DNA of 64,000 nt from Eledone cirrhosa (taxonomy: Eukaryota), in the NCBI GenBank assembly GCA_964016885.1, contig OZ024741.1, forward strand, positions 98,208,001-98,272,000, written 5' to 3'. A model generated the notes under the pieces. It saw only the letters and a program-made list of their open reading frames with translations. It did no database searches and was not told where the DNA came from. Both the position numbers and the translations under genes were made by a program. Of the stretch, positions 1 through 14,130 are shown piece after piece. How positions within the stretch are numbered: position 1 is the stretch's first letter; each line of letters starts with the position of its first letter.

Positions 1-28
1 GGGATTGCGAGAGCGTGATAGGCTCTAT

Positions 29-238
29 GCTTAGTGCGGGGTCTTTCGGCTGCATCCCGTGGACAAAACTGCAAAGGCATTTCTGCGGATAATGGCCTGC
101 GACAGCGACCCCAACTCGCTTGCTCCTTCCTCAGACAGGCTGCTGACGTTCCGATTTTATGGAAGAGGTCAGCAGTACAGGGTCTAATGCCTTTGCAGTT
201 TTGTCCACGGGATGCAGCCGAAAGACCCCGCACTAAGC
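29..238. repeat. Perfect 53-bp inverted repeat around a structured GC-rich loop
   Basis: 29-81 GCTTAGTGCGGGG...GGCATT is the exact reverse complement of 186-238; an internal stem CTGCTGAC/GTCAGCAG lies at about 140-176. Confidence 0.9.
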
Positions 239-426
239 CGGTGCGAGGAGGAAACGGCCAGCCAAGCCCCTGTATTTTCTTGTCTCCTTTTCCTATACGT
301 GGTGATGGATACCAGTATATATATATGTATATATATATATATGTATACCGGAGGAATTGTGGTAAGGAACCAGATGGACCATAACGCACCAGAGTACTCA
401 ATACTTAGGGTAGTAGTGGGTAATAG

Positions 427-542
427 GAAAAGGTATGACCCGACGGCAGAGCTCAAACCGTTTCGACGGCTATTTCTGGACTCAGTGTCCAGAAATAGCC
501 ATCGAAATGTCTTGAGCTCTGCCGTCGGGGTCATACCTTTTC
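427..542. repeat. Near-perfect fold-back hairpin next to (TA)n
   Basis: GAAAAGGTATGACCCGACGGCAGAGCTCAA...TTCTGGAC-TCAGT-GTCCAGAA...TTGAGCTCTGCCGTCGGGGTCATACCTTTTC. Confidence 0.9.
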
Positions 543-988
543 TTATATATATATCATTATCTATAAAAGGCAGCTTTTTGTGTCTGTATGTATGTTTCAA
601 TTTTATACATTTACACAATTCCTAAAATATTGAATGAATAATTAAGCAGAATGTTTACAAATATTCTAACTTGGGTCACGGGCGAACTTATTGGTTTAAA
701 AAAGGCCACAATTACGTAAAAATCGATTTATTTCAACAATCGATGATTTCTCCTCTCTCATATGATATACGTTTCCTATATCTACTCCCTTCATCACCTC
801 CCCTTAAAATTGCTACCTTCTCTTATAAGTGTTTGTGAAAAAGAGAAACATTGAAAAAAACATATACACACATATATGTGGGTGCATACACACACATATA
901 TGTTGGTATGGTTACGATTGACGTCATAGAAACAGGAACGCGGGAATTTCAATTAATCAACGCATACACAGTTTGTTTTAGAAATAAC

Positions 989-1100
989 TGTTTCTACTTT
1001 AGGCACAAGGCCAGCAATTACCCAGTGCATTACTGGTACTTTATTTTATCGACCCCGTAAGGATGAAAGGCAAAGTCAACCTCGGCAGGATTTGAACTCT
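989..1100 (-). mobile_element. Partial tRNA-derived SINE (family S1) inserted in the Helitron
   Basis: Core TACTGGTACTTTATTTTATCGACCCCGTAAGGATGAAAGGCAAAG shared with more than 12 copies in the window. Confidence 0.8.
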
Positions 1101-1469
1101 GTTTGTTTTAGAAATAACAATAGCATATTATGATAAAGAGGGATATACTGATAAAGAGGGAAAGAGAAACAAACAGACACACTAAAAGACGGATATATGT
1201 GTGTGTGTTTGTATTAGCGCGTTCAAACTCCATTTCGAAGCTGACATTCATTTACTAAACTGTAAGTTTTTCAATCGGCCTTACACTTTCAAGCTATATT
1301 TTTCTGTGTAAGTAACTTTAACCCTTTATTTTCGACATAAAAATACACACATACATACAAAGACCTGTAAAGTTTTTTTGGTGCCTTTCTTATCAATCTT
1401 TTTACGTTCAATTATCAGCCTTATACTTTCAAAGTCAATTTTTATGTTGAAGTAACTTTCAACCTTTAA

Positions 1470-1501
<32 letters not shown>

Positions 1502-1844
1502 CACACATACATACATATACACACATACATACAAATACCTGTCACTTAATTTACACACACATCGGCCTTACACTTTCATACACACATACATACATATACA
1601 CACATACATACAAATACCTGTCACTTAATTTACACACACATCGGCCTTACAATTTCAAACTAAATTTTTCTGTAGAAGTAACTTTAACCCTTTCTTTTCG
1701 ACATAAAAATACACACATACATACAAATACCTGTAAATTTTTAGGGGGGGGGGCCTTTCTTATCAATCTTTTTACATTCAATTATCAGCCTTATACTTTC
1801 CAGTATGAGCAAAATGTTAATTACTCGATGCGCTCTGACATAAA

Positions 1845-3110
1845 TATAGGCGACATGCGCTTCAATTGCCAATTCTGCAATGCTACAAAGTGGGCTGGGG
1901 AGCCACCTGCAATGTGCTGCTTAAACGGTTAAGTCACCTTGCCCCTCTTATGGAACCGCCAGAGCCTTTGAAGGAACTACTGACTGGTTATACCTCAAGG
2001 TAAAAAAAAAAAAACCTGATCCCCCCAATAGAAAACGATCCTGGGGGTACCGGAAAAACTTTTGTAACGAATTTGATTATCGCTAAGATTCGTCAGGAGA
2101 AAAAAGTTGCGTTGTCGGTTGCATCGTCCGGGATCGCTGCTACTTTGCTGCCGGGAGGCAGGACAGCACATTCAACCTTTAAACTCCCTTTGGATTTAGT
2201 AAAAACTGAGACACCAACATGCAATATCAGCAAGAGTTCACACAAAGCTATGGTTCTCAAAATATGTTGCCTCATTGTTTGGGATGAGTGCACAATGGAA
2301 CACAAGGGTGCCCTTGAGGCATTGGACAAGGCCCGGAAAGACATTAGGGATTCTACGGCTCCTATGAGTGGCGTAACCCTTCTGCTATCAGTGGATTTTC
2401 GGAAAACGCTGCCTGTCATCCCCAAATGGACAAGAAGAGCTGATGAAGTGCGTGCCTGTCTTAAGTCGTCCATGTTGTGGCTCCAGGTGAATAGTTTGTA
2501 CCTGAACACAAATATGCGTGCTCATTTGCATGGTGACAACATGTCTGCAGCACAGAACATTTTAGCACTTGGTGAGGGCAAGATCCCTGCGGATGACAAG
2601 GGCGGCATAGCAATCGACACCCTGTGCAACATTGTGAGCAGCCCTTCTGACATTTGGGAAGCAGTTTTTCCTAATGTCTCATCTAACTTTAAAACCTTCG
2701 ATTGGCTCAGCGAAATAGCCATCCTTGCTCCGAAAAATACCATGGTTAATTTTATTAACTAGCAGCTGATTGAGAAGATTCCCGGTAAAGAGCACATCTT
2801 CAAATCAGACAACGACGATATCGTTAATTATCCGGTTGAGTTATTAAATCTCCTTGAGCCCCCAGGGCTCCCACCTAACATTATTAAGCTTAGGGTTGGC
2901 TGTCCCATTATGCTAATAAGGAACTTGCATCCACCAAAGCAGTGCAACGGTACTCGCATAGTCGTCAAGTCACTGACACCCACTTGATTGAGGCTACCAT
3001 TGTAACGGGGTGCGGAAGAGGGGAGAATGTTTTCATTCCAAGGATGAACCTTTTCCCCTCGGCGTCAGATATCCCGTTCGATTTCCGGCGATCATAATTC
3101 CCGGTCTACT
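1845..3110 (+). pseudogene. Helitron RepHel remnant (N-terminal Cys-rich motif joined to a PIF1-like helicase)
   Basis: IGDMRFNCQFCNATKWAGEPPAMCCLNG; Walker A PGGTGKTF at about 2040; [59 protein letters not shown]; contains stops and frameshifts. Confidence 0.9.
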
Positions 3111-3572
3111 AAATTCGCTATTGGAAGATTATTAACCCATCATTGATTGACCAAAATGCTAATTGGTTCGTAACTTTTAATAACCGGTTCAAATGCTTTA
3201 TGCACTTAATTGATAAGCTTATTCGCTTTCAAACCACGTTTACCTGTATGTAACTTTTCATAGCAAATGAACAAACCCGAGCAACGCCGGGCTAAACTGC
3301 TAGTATATATATATATGTGGGTGTGTGTGAGCATGTGTGTGTGTGCGCGCGTGTGTGTGTCTGTGTTCGTGTGGGGGGGGGGGGCGTGTGAACAAATATA
3401 TAAATGCCTAATCACTTTTTAAATGCCTCCATAATGCAGTAGATATAAAACAAGACGAATTAATATTTTACCCAGTATATTTCAACGTGATATTCCAAGC
3501 CTAATATCCTCTGTTCAAATGTGAAACGAAAGCACTTCAAAACAAAACGAAAGATTTATATAAGGAAAAGAG

Positions 3573-3607
3573 CCCTAACATTCGGACACTAGTTCTTCAT
3601 CAGAAGA
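3573..3607 (-). ncRNA. Degenerate type-I hammerhead motif (family B-like)
   Basis: Minus strand TCTT-CTGATGA-AGAAC TAGT GTCC-GAAT-GTT-AGGG; GAAA core is mutated. Confidence 0.55.
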
Positions 3608-3715
3608 GAGAATGAGAGATAAAAGAAATACAACGATACAGAATTGAGAACAAGAAAGAATGGAAAGATTTTGAGGATATAAAGCACGTGTGTGTTCTAT
3701 CAGGTATTTTGATGT

Positions 3716-3776
<61 letters not shown>

Positions 3777-3939
3777 TGTGTGTGTGTGTGTATGTGTGTA
3801 TGTGTATGTGTGTGTGTGCGTGTTTAAATATATTTGCTTGTAATTACGTAATTAGATGTATGTGTGTATGTATGCACACGTCTGTAATTGCCTAAGTATG
3901 CTATATCCATTATTCTCTGCCAACCATTACTATCAATAA

Positions 3940-5124
3940 ATAATACTGGGCCCGTTTCAGACGAAGTGAACGATAACATAGAGTTTGATTTAAACGAATA
4001 TCCACTGTACTTCCATAAACGCCCACAACGTTCGTTCGCCCATTGAGGCAGGCACTAAATATAATGTGCCAACGAACTCCTGCTTCATTCTCACTAAACT
4101 CACTTATATTCTGCAGGGGACTATAAATGTATAATACACACTCAAATATTATATATTATTGTCCAAACGCGTGGATGACAATGAATGTTTATTGGATTTC
4201 ATGTTTTTCTTGGATGAGAAACGATAACGTCCAAGGTATTTGAAGGATAACAATCATAGTAGCGGTTTGAGATATTTCAGTTTTTATAGTACAAAAATAT
4301 ATCATCTTTTGTATTAATAACTGTTCGCTTTACCAGTGGCATTTGAATTAAATCCTTTCCGTTCGAAATAAAAAATCTAATAGTGGATAAATTTTGTTTC
4401 GAATCTTACACATAAATGTTGTGCTTTCAACAGAAATTAATCTTAACTATTCTAGACTTACCACTAATACAATACTATCCCCCTTATTTTCATCTCCACC
4501 ATAATCTTTCTAAATCTTAAATATTTTGTACTTTAAACATATACACAGGTTTACTAAGTTGGTTCAATAAATTGGCTGTATTATTTCATATGAGACATAT
4601 CTAATATATTTTTTCCCAGACGGACGTCTCGTTTCATTATAGGATTCCTACAATTTGGATGAAATTATACCAATTTATGTAGGAGCTTGTATACCATCAA
4701 TAGATATATATTCAAGTGGGCTCCTATAATTCATCAGTGGGTGCCCCAATAATACTAATATTGATAATCTAACCAACATCAGTATTTAGCGATAATCATC
4801 ATCCTCTGTGCCTGAGGTATCTGTCAGGTTGCCAGTCCAGCAGTTCTTAAGAAGTGCTCAAACTGATTCAAAAAATGAGGAAGTAAATTAGCGCCAAAAA
4901 AACAATACATGCGCATGCCAATAAATTCCGAAAGGAATTCAGGTCACGTGCTAAGAACTCAATTGGAAATTGAAAAAATATCTGTGTGTACAACATTTGA
5001 TGACACACACAGATATTTTCTCGGGCAAAATAACAGAATGAGATATAAGGAACAATCAATATTCATATATAAAAAATAAACAAAGAAATGCTAACCTTAT
5101 ACCTGGAATTTTTTCGAATCTGCT
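3940..5124 (-). pseudogene. Possible highly decayed EnSpm/CACTA-like transposase remnant
   Basis: Frameshifted fragments LDY..LVLLG, CHW(K)AN and CGRLWKYSGYSF occur in the expected order; read by eye only. Confidence 0.3.
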
Positions 5125-5815
5125 GCGCCAAGAGTAAATAAATAAATACAATATCGGAGAAAGCTTTTTAGCGATACTCCGGCCAAATTCCAACTCACTC
5201 AACAAACATTAGGAAATAAGTGATTATATTCCCAATTATGCGTTCGGGGTGCTAACTGAAAGTATTGCGTGGAAAATTGGCTGTTTTATTTCATATGAGA
5301 CATATCTAATATATTTCTTCCCAGACGGACGTCTCGTTTCATTATAGGATTCCTACAATTTGGGTGAAATAATACCAATTTATGTAGGAGCTTGTATACC
5401 ATCAATAGATATATATTCAAGTGGGCTCCTATAATTCATCAGTGGGTGCCCCAATAATACTAATATTGATAATCTAACCAACATCAGTATTTAGCGATAA
5501 TCATCATCCTCTGTGCCTGAGGTATCTGTCAGGTTGCCAGTCCAGCAGTTCTTAAAAAGTGCTCAAACTGATTCAGAAAATGAGGAAGTAAATTACCGCC
5601 AAAAAAACAATACATGCGCATGACAATAAATTCTGAAAGGAATTCAGGCCACGTGCTAAGAACTCAATTGGAAATTGAAAAAATATCTATGTGTGTACAA
5701 CAGATATTTTCTCGGGCAAAATAACAGAATGAGATATAAGGAACAATCAATATTCATATATAAAAAATAAACAAAGAAATGCTAAACTGATACCGGGAAT
5801 TTTTTCGAATCTGCT
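4569..5815. repeat. Direct duplication of about 550 bp (4569-5124 and 5274-5815)
   Basis: Near-identical blocks from AAATTGGCTGT to TTCGAATCTGCT, offset about 705 bp. Confidence 0.92.
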
Positions 5816-5884
5816 ACAGCAGATATATATATATAATAAAGTTAAATAAAAAGTCAAATGTTTAAAATTTAGCTTCGCTTATTG

Positions 5885-5937
5885 CTGCTATATATATTTC
5901 AGTGACAGCCATCTTTGGCTGTGACCTCTTCGGGCAG
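5885..5937 (-). ncRNA. Type-I hammerhead motif (U4 to C variant) near the end of a (TA)n-anchored element
   Basis: CTGC-CCGAAGA-G GTCACAGCCA AAGA TGGCTGTCAC T-GAAA-TATATATA-GCAG. Confidence 0.7.
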
Positions 5938-8900
5938 TTTGAACTAGTGTGGTATAGACAAGTACATATGTTGTCGAGGTGTATAATTTTGTCAATACTC
6001 TGATATGCCCAGTTCCTGGTTGGGTTGTTATTTCACTGAGGAACTGGAATCATATGAATTCAAACAAACGAATTTCAGTGTCAAAGGGCCTCTTCTCCTC
6101 TCATTGGTCAGTTATTAGAACATTCCTCATTCTAAGTGTTGTTATTGTTGGAGTTACCTTAAAACATTGATAAAGTGGTAGAAGGGATAAGGTGTTAAAG
6201 GAACAAAATAACAAAAAAAGTGTCAAACTTCCCATTGGTCAGTTCTGAGAGCATTCCTCAGTCAGAAGTCTATAGAATTCTTTCTGGGTTTAAACACACT
6301 ACAGTGTAGTTATGTTATCTTTTTTATTAAGATTTGTTTCATATTTTCGTATGAACCTCATGCAGTTTGTTTCTGAATTCATGGTAAAAAAGTTCAGTTT
6401 TATCTTCACACACCATATATATGTCATATAAACGAAATAAATACAAATGACGACAGAAGTATACATTTAACAACCAGATATTGCTGCCAAATCACATATG
6501 CCTATCAGAGAAACATTACAGAGGCCTACAACATTTTATATCATTAAGAGGAGAAAAAATACCTTTAGTATAATGAGGAATTCTGCCCAAGAATGACAGT
6601 TGAGACAACACTGAAATAGGAATTATTTGAACTTAATTAAATATAAAATACAGGGACATCTTTATATACGTATGTGTCTCATTTAAGCTCATTAGAGAAA
6701 TACTTCGCTGAGGAAATCCAATATAACTGAAAATAATCATTAACCTCATAATTTCTCTATGTTGAATACGGGAGCAACTCTAATAAATTTAAGCTAATTG
6801 GATATTTATCGTAATTATATCAATATAGATTTTCTATTTTTTAAACAGACATAATTAGAGCTAAGCACCAAAACATAGCAGTTAGAGCTACATTGACTTA
6901 CTTCGTTACGGAGAGCTAAATGCTCTGTTATTTTGACATTATGAAATTACACTTGTCATAAGGTGTAAACTGAAACGTACACATTTGTTTGTCCACTACC
7001 TTATTGTCTCGTCATTCTGACACCTTATATTACTGGCATTTAATTAAGTCCCACAAAAGTGAAAGTCTGAAATACTTTCAAATACTTTTAAACCCAGATG
7101 TCATAGACAATATTATCTAAACACTGAAACGCATGTTAACACTTCAAAGTAATTCAGGTTTCTTTTATCAGAATTTATATAATTTATTAAATATGCTGGT
7201 GGTGAGAAGCCTGCGAGATGATTTCGATATCCACTTGGAATTACTGTGGCTTTCATTACAATGACTTTCGGCACGATATGAAAGAACGAAATATAGGATA
7301 AATGCGATCAACCTGCTAGAAATGTGAACCAAATAGCTCTCAAATTTCCCCCACCTATTGTCTTTAGATGAGATATTACCATATAGGTTAATATACTCCT
7401 CGATAAATTGTATCTTGAACGATATTGGACGGTTACGGCTAGAACAACTTTCATAAACATTGACCTGAAGCTAAAGAAAAAAATAGAAGTAATGAATGCC
7501 TTTACCTTCCTTGTTAACAGGAAATGTCATGCCATAAACATTATATATGGAGGGGGAATACAAATTATATATATGGATATGTTGACGTTATGAGAAACAT
7601 CATATTTATTTTGTCCATACATCTTGTGTATATACATCATATACTGGAAATGTAAGTTGATAAACTTTTCCTTGTCTCGATAGTTTTACACAAATTCTTG
7701 GCTTTCTATATTGTTACCAACTATAGTTATTTCTCTATGTCTCTAACACTCTTGATATTTTCCTGTTGAGAAACGTTTTAAGAAGTACGTGTGACGGATT
7801 TAGGGTATGTTCCTCAAAGTATTTTCATCAAAAACTAATTCATGATTAATTTTGAATTACTTTACATACTGAAGAAAGGGATCAAAGTGGTGTTCGCGAA
7901 TCTATTTTTGGATCCACGTATTTCATACTTCACTTAACAAAAGAAAAACCTCTAGGTATTTATTTTGACGATTTTCATAAAAATGAAGCCATCCAATCTT
8001 GTAGTGAAGTTGGAGATTGGTAAAAAGAAATTGGGGAAAAGAAACAAAAAATATAAATGAATGAGCCTTGATTTCCATGCATCGATGAATGAGGAAACGT
8101 GACCAAAACAAGCACAATGATTCTTCTGGATGAGATAGATGTATGGGGGCAATTGCGATACACTACAGGGTAGATAGTTGCTGCGGCTCTGTATGTCTTA
8201 AGTTCAAATCTCGTCTATGTTATGTTTACATTCATACATTCGGGCTTCATAAAAATATAGTATCTGCCAAGTACTGCGGTTAATTTTATCTTCTTTACCC
8301 TCCATTTATATTGCCGGCCTTTTGCCTGACATGTAAACCATTATTAATATTATTTTATACCGACATTTGCTGCATTTCATTATTTTCTTATTCCCATATA
8401 TTTCTCAACCACAAATCTCGCACTTTGCATTAAATTGATAACTTGATAATTTTATACAATGAGCTGACACCAGTCTATACCTGGGTCAGGGTAGTTGTCA
8501 TACGGTTCATGGGAACAGGTGGATGTATATTATTCTGAAACCTAGCAACCAAGGTGTGCTGAAAATGATCTGAAAATAATTGGACTTTCATTCATACGAT
8601 TAACACCCATACACCTTTTTCTTATATTGCTTGCTTCCTTCAAATTTCATTCTATTTCGTTGTCAATTATCCATCTCGACTACACCGCTATTTAGAAAGA
8701 AATCCCTTGAATCATCTTAGATTTCTCTTGCACGACCACCCATACCCACACCTGTTTGTGTATGTGTGTGTATGTTCATGTTTGCGTGTATATCTGTGTG
8801 TGCATATGTGTGTGTATGTGTATGTTTGCGTGTATATCTGTGTGTGCATGTGTGTGTGTATGTATGTGTTTGCGTGTATAAGTGTGTGTGCATGTGTGCA

Positions 8901-9267
8901 TGTGTGTATGTATGTGTGTGTGTGTGTGCGTGTATATGTGTGTGTGCATGTATGTGTGTATATATTTTATAGACGGTGTTAACTGCACTGCTGACAAACT
9001 TAATCTTAAATGTTCATCTCATCATAGAAGATCCTTTCGGGTATTTCCTACTTATTTTTCCTTTCCTTTTATGTCTTTCTCTTTCCACAGTTGCTGCTGT
9101 TGCTGTTTAGCTATGTCTTATTTTCACTAGATGTTATTGATCTTGCTGGATGCCGATGTCTTTATACGTTTTTTCACTCTTAAAGATTTTATTCGATCTT
9201 ATCTCTTCCTTATTGGATTTTAAGATATATTCCTGTGTGCATATAGTATGTTTTTATATGAATGCAC

Positions 9268-9422
<155 letters not shown>

Positions 9423-9944
9423 AGAATGTGTATGTGTGTGTGCACGCCTGTGTGTGTGTATGTGTTGAATGTGTGTGTGAGTGCGTGTGTGTGTGGGGCT
9501 GCCTGTGACGGCCTGTCATTGTGTAAGTGCGTGTGCAGGTGTGTGTATGTATGTATAACGTAATACATATTGATGTTTAAATATGGTGCTCTTCGAATAG
9601 TCTTGATAAGACTATTTGCAGACACATAACATTTTATTTATAAAATTTCCAAGCGTAATTGTTTGTAAAATATACATTTTTTATAAATAATTTTCTGCTT
9701 AAGTCTCATTGAATACTATTAGGGATGATTCCCAATGTATAAATATGACTTATTTTTTGTTATAGATACTTTAGGAAAACTGCAATGGATGTATTAATTT
9801 AAAATTAAGTTTAAAACAAATTCCATTTAAAATGTATAGAGAACAAAGTTAATTGGCTGGGGAAAGAAGCACATATTTTTTCTGGCTCTGAAGACATACG
9901 TACGTGTGTACACAAGAAATCACACACGCATGCAAACATAAACA

Positions 9945-9984
<40 letters not shown>

Positions 9985-10132
9985 GGGGATTTTGAATGCT
10001 CATATATATATATACATGCGCGCAAACATAAACACATATATATATATGTGTGGAATTGTGAATGCTCACGTTTGTATATTTATTTATACGTACGTATATA
10101 TATATATATACACACACACATATATATATATA

Positions 10133-10678
10133 TTATAAATATAAGCTATCGCCGTATTTTGACTAAAGAAATTAAAGAAAATTATTTAGCCTGATAGTGG
10201 GGTTAAGAACCCTCGGAGAAATGGAAAAAGATGAGTATTGACGTACATGGGAGTCGAACCCACATATTTGGTTATCCAGACCACTGTGCTACCATTACAC
10301 CAACACATCACCCGTCTTCCTCCATTCAAATTAGAAGCTATAATCTTAGCAACTGTAAATGTCAAGTAAGAATATTTTCGAAACAGCGAGCAAGTATTCT
10401 TACTTGACATTTACAGTTGCTAAGATTATAGCTTCTAATTTGAATGGAGGAAGACGGGTGATGTGTTGGTCTAATGGTAGCACAGTGGTCTGTATAACCA
10501 AAGATGTGAGTTCGACTCCCATGTACGTCAATACTCATCTTCTTTTCCATTTCTCCGAGGGTTCTTAACACCACTGTCAGGCTAAATAATTTTCTTTAAT
10601 TTCTTTAGTCAAAATACGGCGATAGCTTACATTTATAATTTCAAACTCGCTTGCTGTTTCGAAAATATTCTTACTTGA
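10133..10678. mobile_element. Fold-back element with about 240-bp arms containing a tRNA-like segment
   Basis: 10133-10374 is the reverse complement of 10395-10638; A box TGGTCTAATGG and B box GAGTTCGACTC at about 10456-10530; the loop sequence is re-copied in inverted form at 10646-10678; TA runs on both sides. Confidence 0.8.
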
Positions 10679-13600
10679 TATATATATATAATTGTTTACC
10701 CCATAAAATGCCTTATTTTGTTCCAGATATCTTTCCTTCATCTGTCAGATATTGAAATAAATATAGTGTTTTATTCCCCATTACATTTCAGTTAGAACTA
10801 TGATTTTATTATTTGGCTATTTCCGACATAAGCATGGGATTGGGTCGGGGAATCCGACGATATTTCTAACATTGATTTCCATCACACTTCTGAATATTGA
10901 GATGAATCTCAGATGAGGGACTTCCTCATGTGTTTCTAAAATCTTTAAACAATTTTAACTCACATTTCAATCACTCTCCAAATGTACTCGTTCTCGATTA
11001 TAAAGCATAGATTACCACTGCATAAATGACTCCTGTTTAAAACCATCACCAACACATAGAAAAAACACAACACCAGAATATAAACTGACATAAAATCTGA
11101 AGTGAATAATTCAGTCATTCTTCCCAAAATAGAAGGTTTTCTGGATCACCTCACCACCTCCATGAAACATTGTTACCTTTCCTGATGGCATCTCGAGAAT
11201 TATATGGGTCGATCAGTCAATGTGTGCAAGGATAGATTTAACCAGCATGCACATTCTTTTAGATATAAAAGTAGAGAAAATTCCAGCTCCTTTTTTCAAA
11301 TAATGGCATCCTAGTAGGGACATCCCCTTACTGCTTGAGGACTCCTACTGCCAATTTTGTAGACATAAGAACTTGCACATAGTCGAGCAACATACAATAT
11401 CCCTCAGTAGAAAATCCGACTTAAAGGTTTGCTCACTTGGGAGTAACATCTTTTAAGAGAGTATCAAGTTTCTGGCCCCAGATATCAGGTAGAACGCCCT
11501 TAACTGCCCGTAAACTTGTGCAGGGGTAGAGTGCACTGGCTGCAGCCTGCAACAAGCATTCGTTAAACATGTGCATCGATTTCCAGCACCATTATACACA
11601 ATAGATGAACGCCTCTATTTACGGTCACACCTACCTCACATCAACAGAAGAGATAGCAGAATGATACACACATTGACCTTGTAGCTACATTAGATACCCA
11701 GACATTTAGAGCGCCGTCATGTCTGCCTCGGCTGGGTGGGATTAATGATCTTAAAACAACGGTTTATCAGCTTCTTCATTTGAAATTTCACATACTCTTC
11801 CACCGTATCTGAAAGAACTAATCGGGAGAGCTTTTAAAAATGCAACAATAAGTCAAACTCGTGTGTATGGGTGTATGCATGCGTGTGTATATTTTTTGTT
11901 GGCTATAGCTTTTACGCGGTCTCATACACCTGCTACCCCTACAATAAAGTATCTATTACTATCCCATGGATTATATCACGCTTATCTTCCTTTTTATTTA
12001 TGAATTCTAAAATCTATAACCACCATGGTGTTATTCAATAATATTACTATCTCTCCTACAGATGTTTCTACACTTATATAAGACACAATATATAAGATTG
12101 AAACATTTCTTGGCTCACAGTTGCTGTTGCATCCACCATTTGTAAACTATTCATGGTGGCCTGATATTCATCACCATCATATTCATGATATATATCACCA
12201 TCATATTCATCTTGATAATGATGACGATGATGACCATGATGATCATTATGATGACCTTGATGATGATCATGATGATCAGCAAAAGGATTATCAACTTATC
12301 AAAAATTATGAAGATAATTATATGAACGACCGAAACAAAATATGTTGCTAAATCTGCTGCTAATTCTGTTGTTAGTCTTGCTGATGCTGTTGCTTTTGTG
12401 TTGATAATGCTGTTAACATTCATTACGACGATTTTGGTCTTGATCATTCTGCTGCTACTGTTGATGATGACATACTTGCCTGAATCTGTTGATCCAGTTT
12501 TTCTTTCTGTTGCTTTTTATAATATTGTTGTTTGCGGCAGTTATTGATGTTATTGTTATTTGTTGCTTTTTGTTTTCACTGTAGTATTACATACTTTTCT
12601 TATCAGTATTGTAGAAAGATTATTTAATTAGTTGATTAATTCATGCAACGTTAATAAAACGCCTGGTAGAGTGTGGAGTTGATAGGTAATTGAATTAATG
12701 TTCTAGTATCTTACTTCTGTTCTCTGAGTTCAAATCATACTGGATTCTAAACGGCTTGCTTTTGAATATATTTTCGATGTCAATAAAGATTTCGTGCAGA
12801 TTCAAAGGATGTTGGCAATCAAATGCATCTCTCCTAATATTTGACCGATATTTTATTTTATCGATTCCAAATTGATGAAGGACTAAATTAACATCAGTAA
12901 CATTTGGATTCAGAAACCACAGGGATAGAACTGGATAACGTAAATCTTTTCCCCGATAATCAAACAATTCTGCCAATACGCTGCACATCTCCGATACCAA
13001 TAAGAAATATAGATTATATCATAATGTAAGAGTATAGGTTATTAAGATCACGTAATAATCAGTAATACTGACATAGTGTAGTTCATAACAGAGGTGTATA
13101 TGAAGACATATAGCATATGTTTATATATAATAAACGTAAAAGAGTCTCACTCTGAATTTCCTATGCTGTGATCATGCCAGTGCTATCTCAGTCGCCACCA
13201 TTAAAATTTTGGTTATTTCCTATCTTAGTAACGAGTGCTTAGATATCACCGATGTCCGATAAATATGCGGAAACACGTGTTGGATATACACCCGCTACTG
13301 AGATAACTTTGACATGATCCCAGCTTAAAATATTTATAGTGAAACATTTGATTATTATACGTAAGCGCATGGTTTATGTCTTCATATGCACCCCTATTAT
13401 GAACTGTCATTGTGTATTTCTTCCATGTTTATAATAACTACATTACGTACAAAACTAAATCTATCTAGATTTACATAGGAAACATAGTAGTATGTGTGTC
13501 AGCGAATCTAAGAAATCATCAATATGAGTGGCGTTGCGCCATCATAAACTAGATCAATTCGAAATTGTGATTTCCATCTGAAACAATGATCCTTTTCAAT

Positions 13601-13959
13601 TTCTTTGAAATTGCTGCATGGATCAAAAACAAATTTGTTGTACATATTACCACAATTTATGATCTAAGTGGATAGTTTTATGGTTTAAAATCGAGAGACA
13701 ACGGGGCGAGGTGTAGTGCGGGCGTAGTTGCTTATTATATAGAAAATATTGTTATATGACAACTACAGCTTGATAACGTCTGACTTCCCAATTAGGTGGC
13801 TGTTGCGCTCCAGTTACATAAGCCGAGTTTGTGACGATAAGTGGTCCGCGTATGATTTGCCGTTAAATGTAGAAGCTATAGAGTTAATGCTGGTAAATAT
13901 GAATACAACTGTGAAAGAGGATACTACATGATCATAGATTTTGAAATTAGTATTAGATA

Positions 13960-14130
13960 CTTTGACCGTAAATTGACTACAGAAAATAATCTATTATTAC
14001 GGTTTATGAACCTCCATAAGAGAAGAAAATGGAGATTAGCGTGCGAGGGAATCGAAACCCTACCTCACATTATTAAGATAAGTCTGCTATACCGATTACA
14101 CAAACAAACCCACCCCATTCTTTACTCATG
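13960..14130 (-). mobile_element. Diverged single-copy relative of the tRNA-containing element at 10133
   Basis: tRNA-like TGTGTAATCGG...GGTTTCGATTCCC at 14037-14111 followed by a similarly organised tail. Confidence 0.5.

Larger units (their letters stand above)
560..3303 (+). mobile_element. Internally deleted Helitron
   Basis: 5' A|TC at about 560; 3' hairpin CCCGAGCAACGCCGGG (3276-3291) then CTAG|T (3300-3303); Rep/helicase remnants inside; internal tandem duplications at about 1270-1800. Confidence 0.85.

Noticed and set aside
34-625. ORFs of 116-144 aa at the window start
   Set aside because: They span hairpins and a TA run and show no recognisable domain
10456-10530. tRNA gene
   Set aside because: A and B boxes are present but acceptor and anticodon stems pair poorly, and it is part of a repeat arm
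12121-12600. His/Asp-rich protein ORF
   Set aside because: Degenerate (CAT/GAT/GTT)n low-complexity sequence with no splice or homology support
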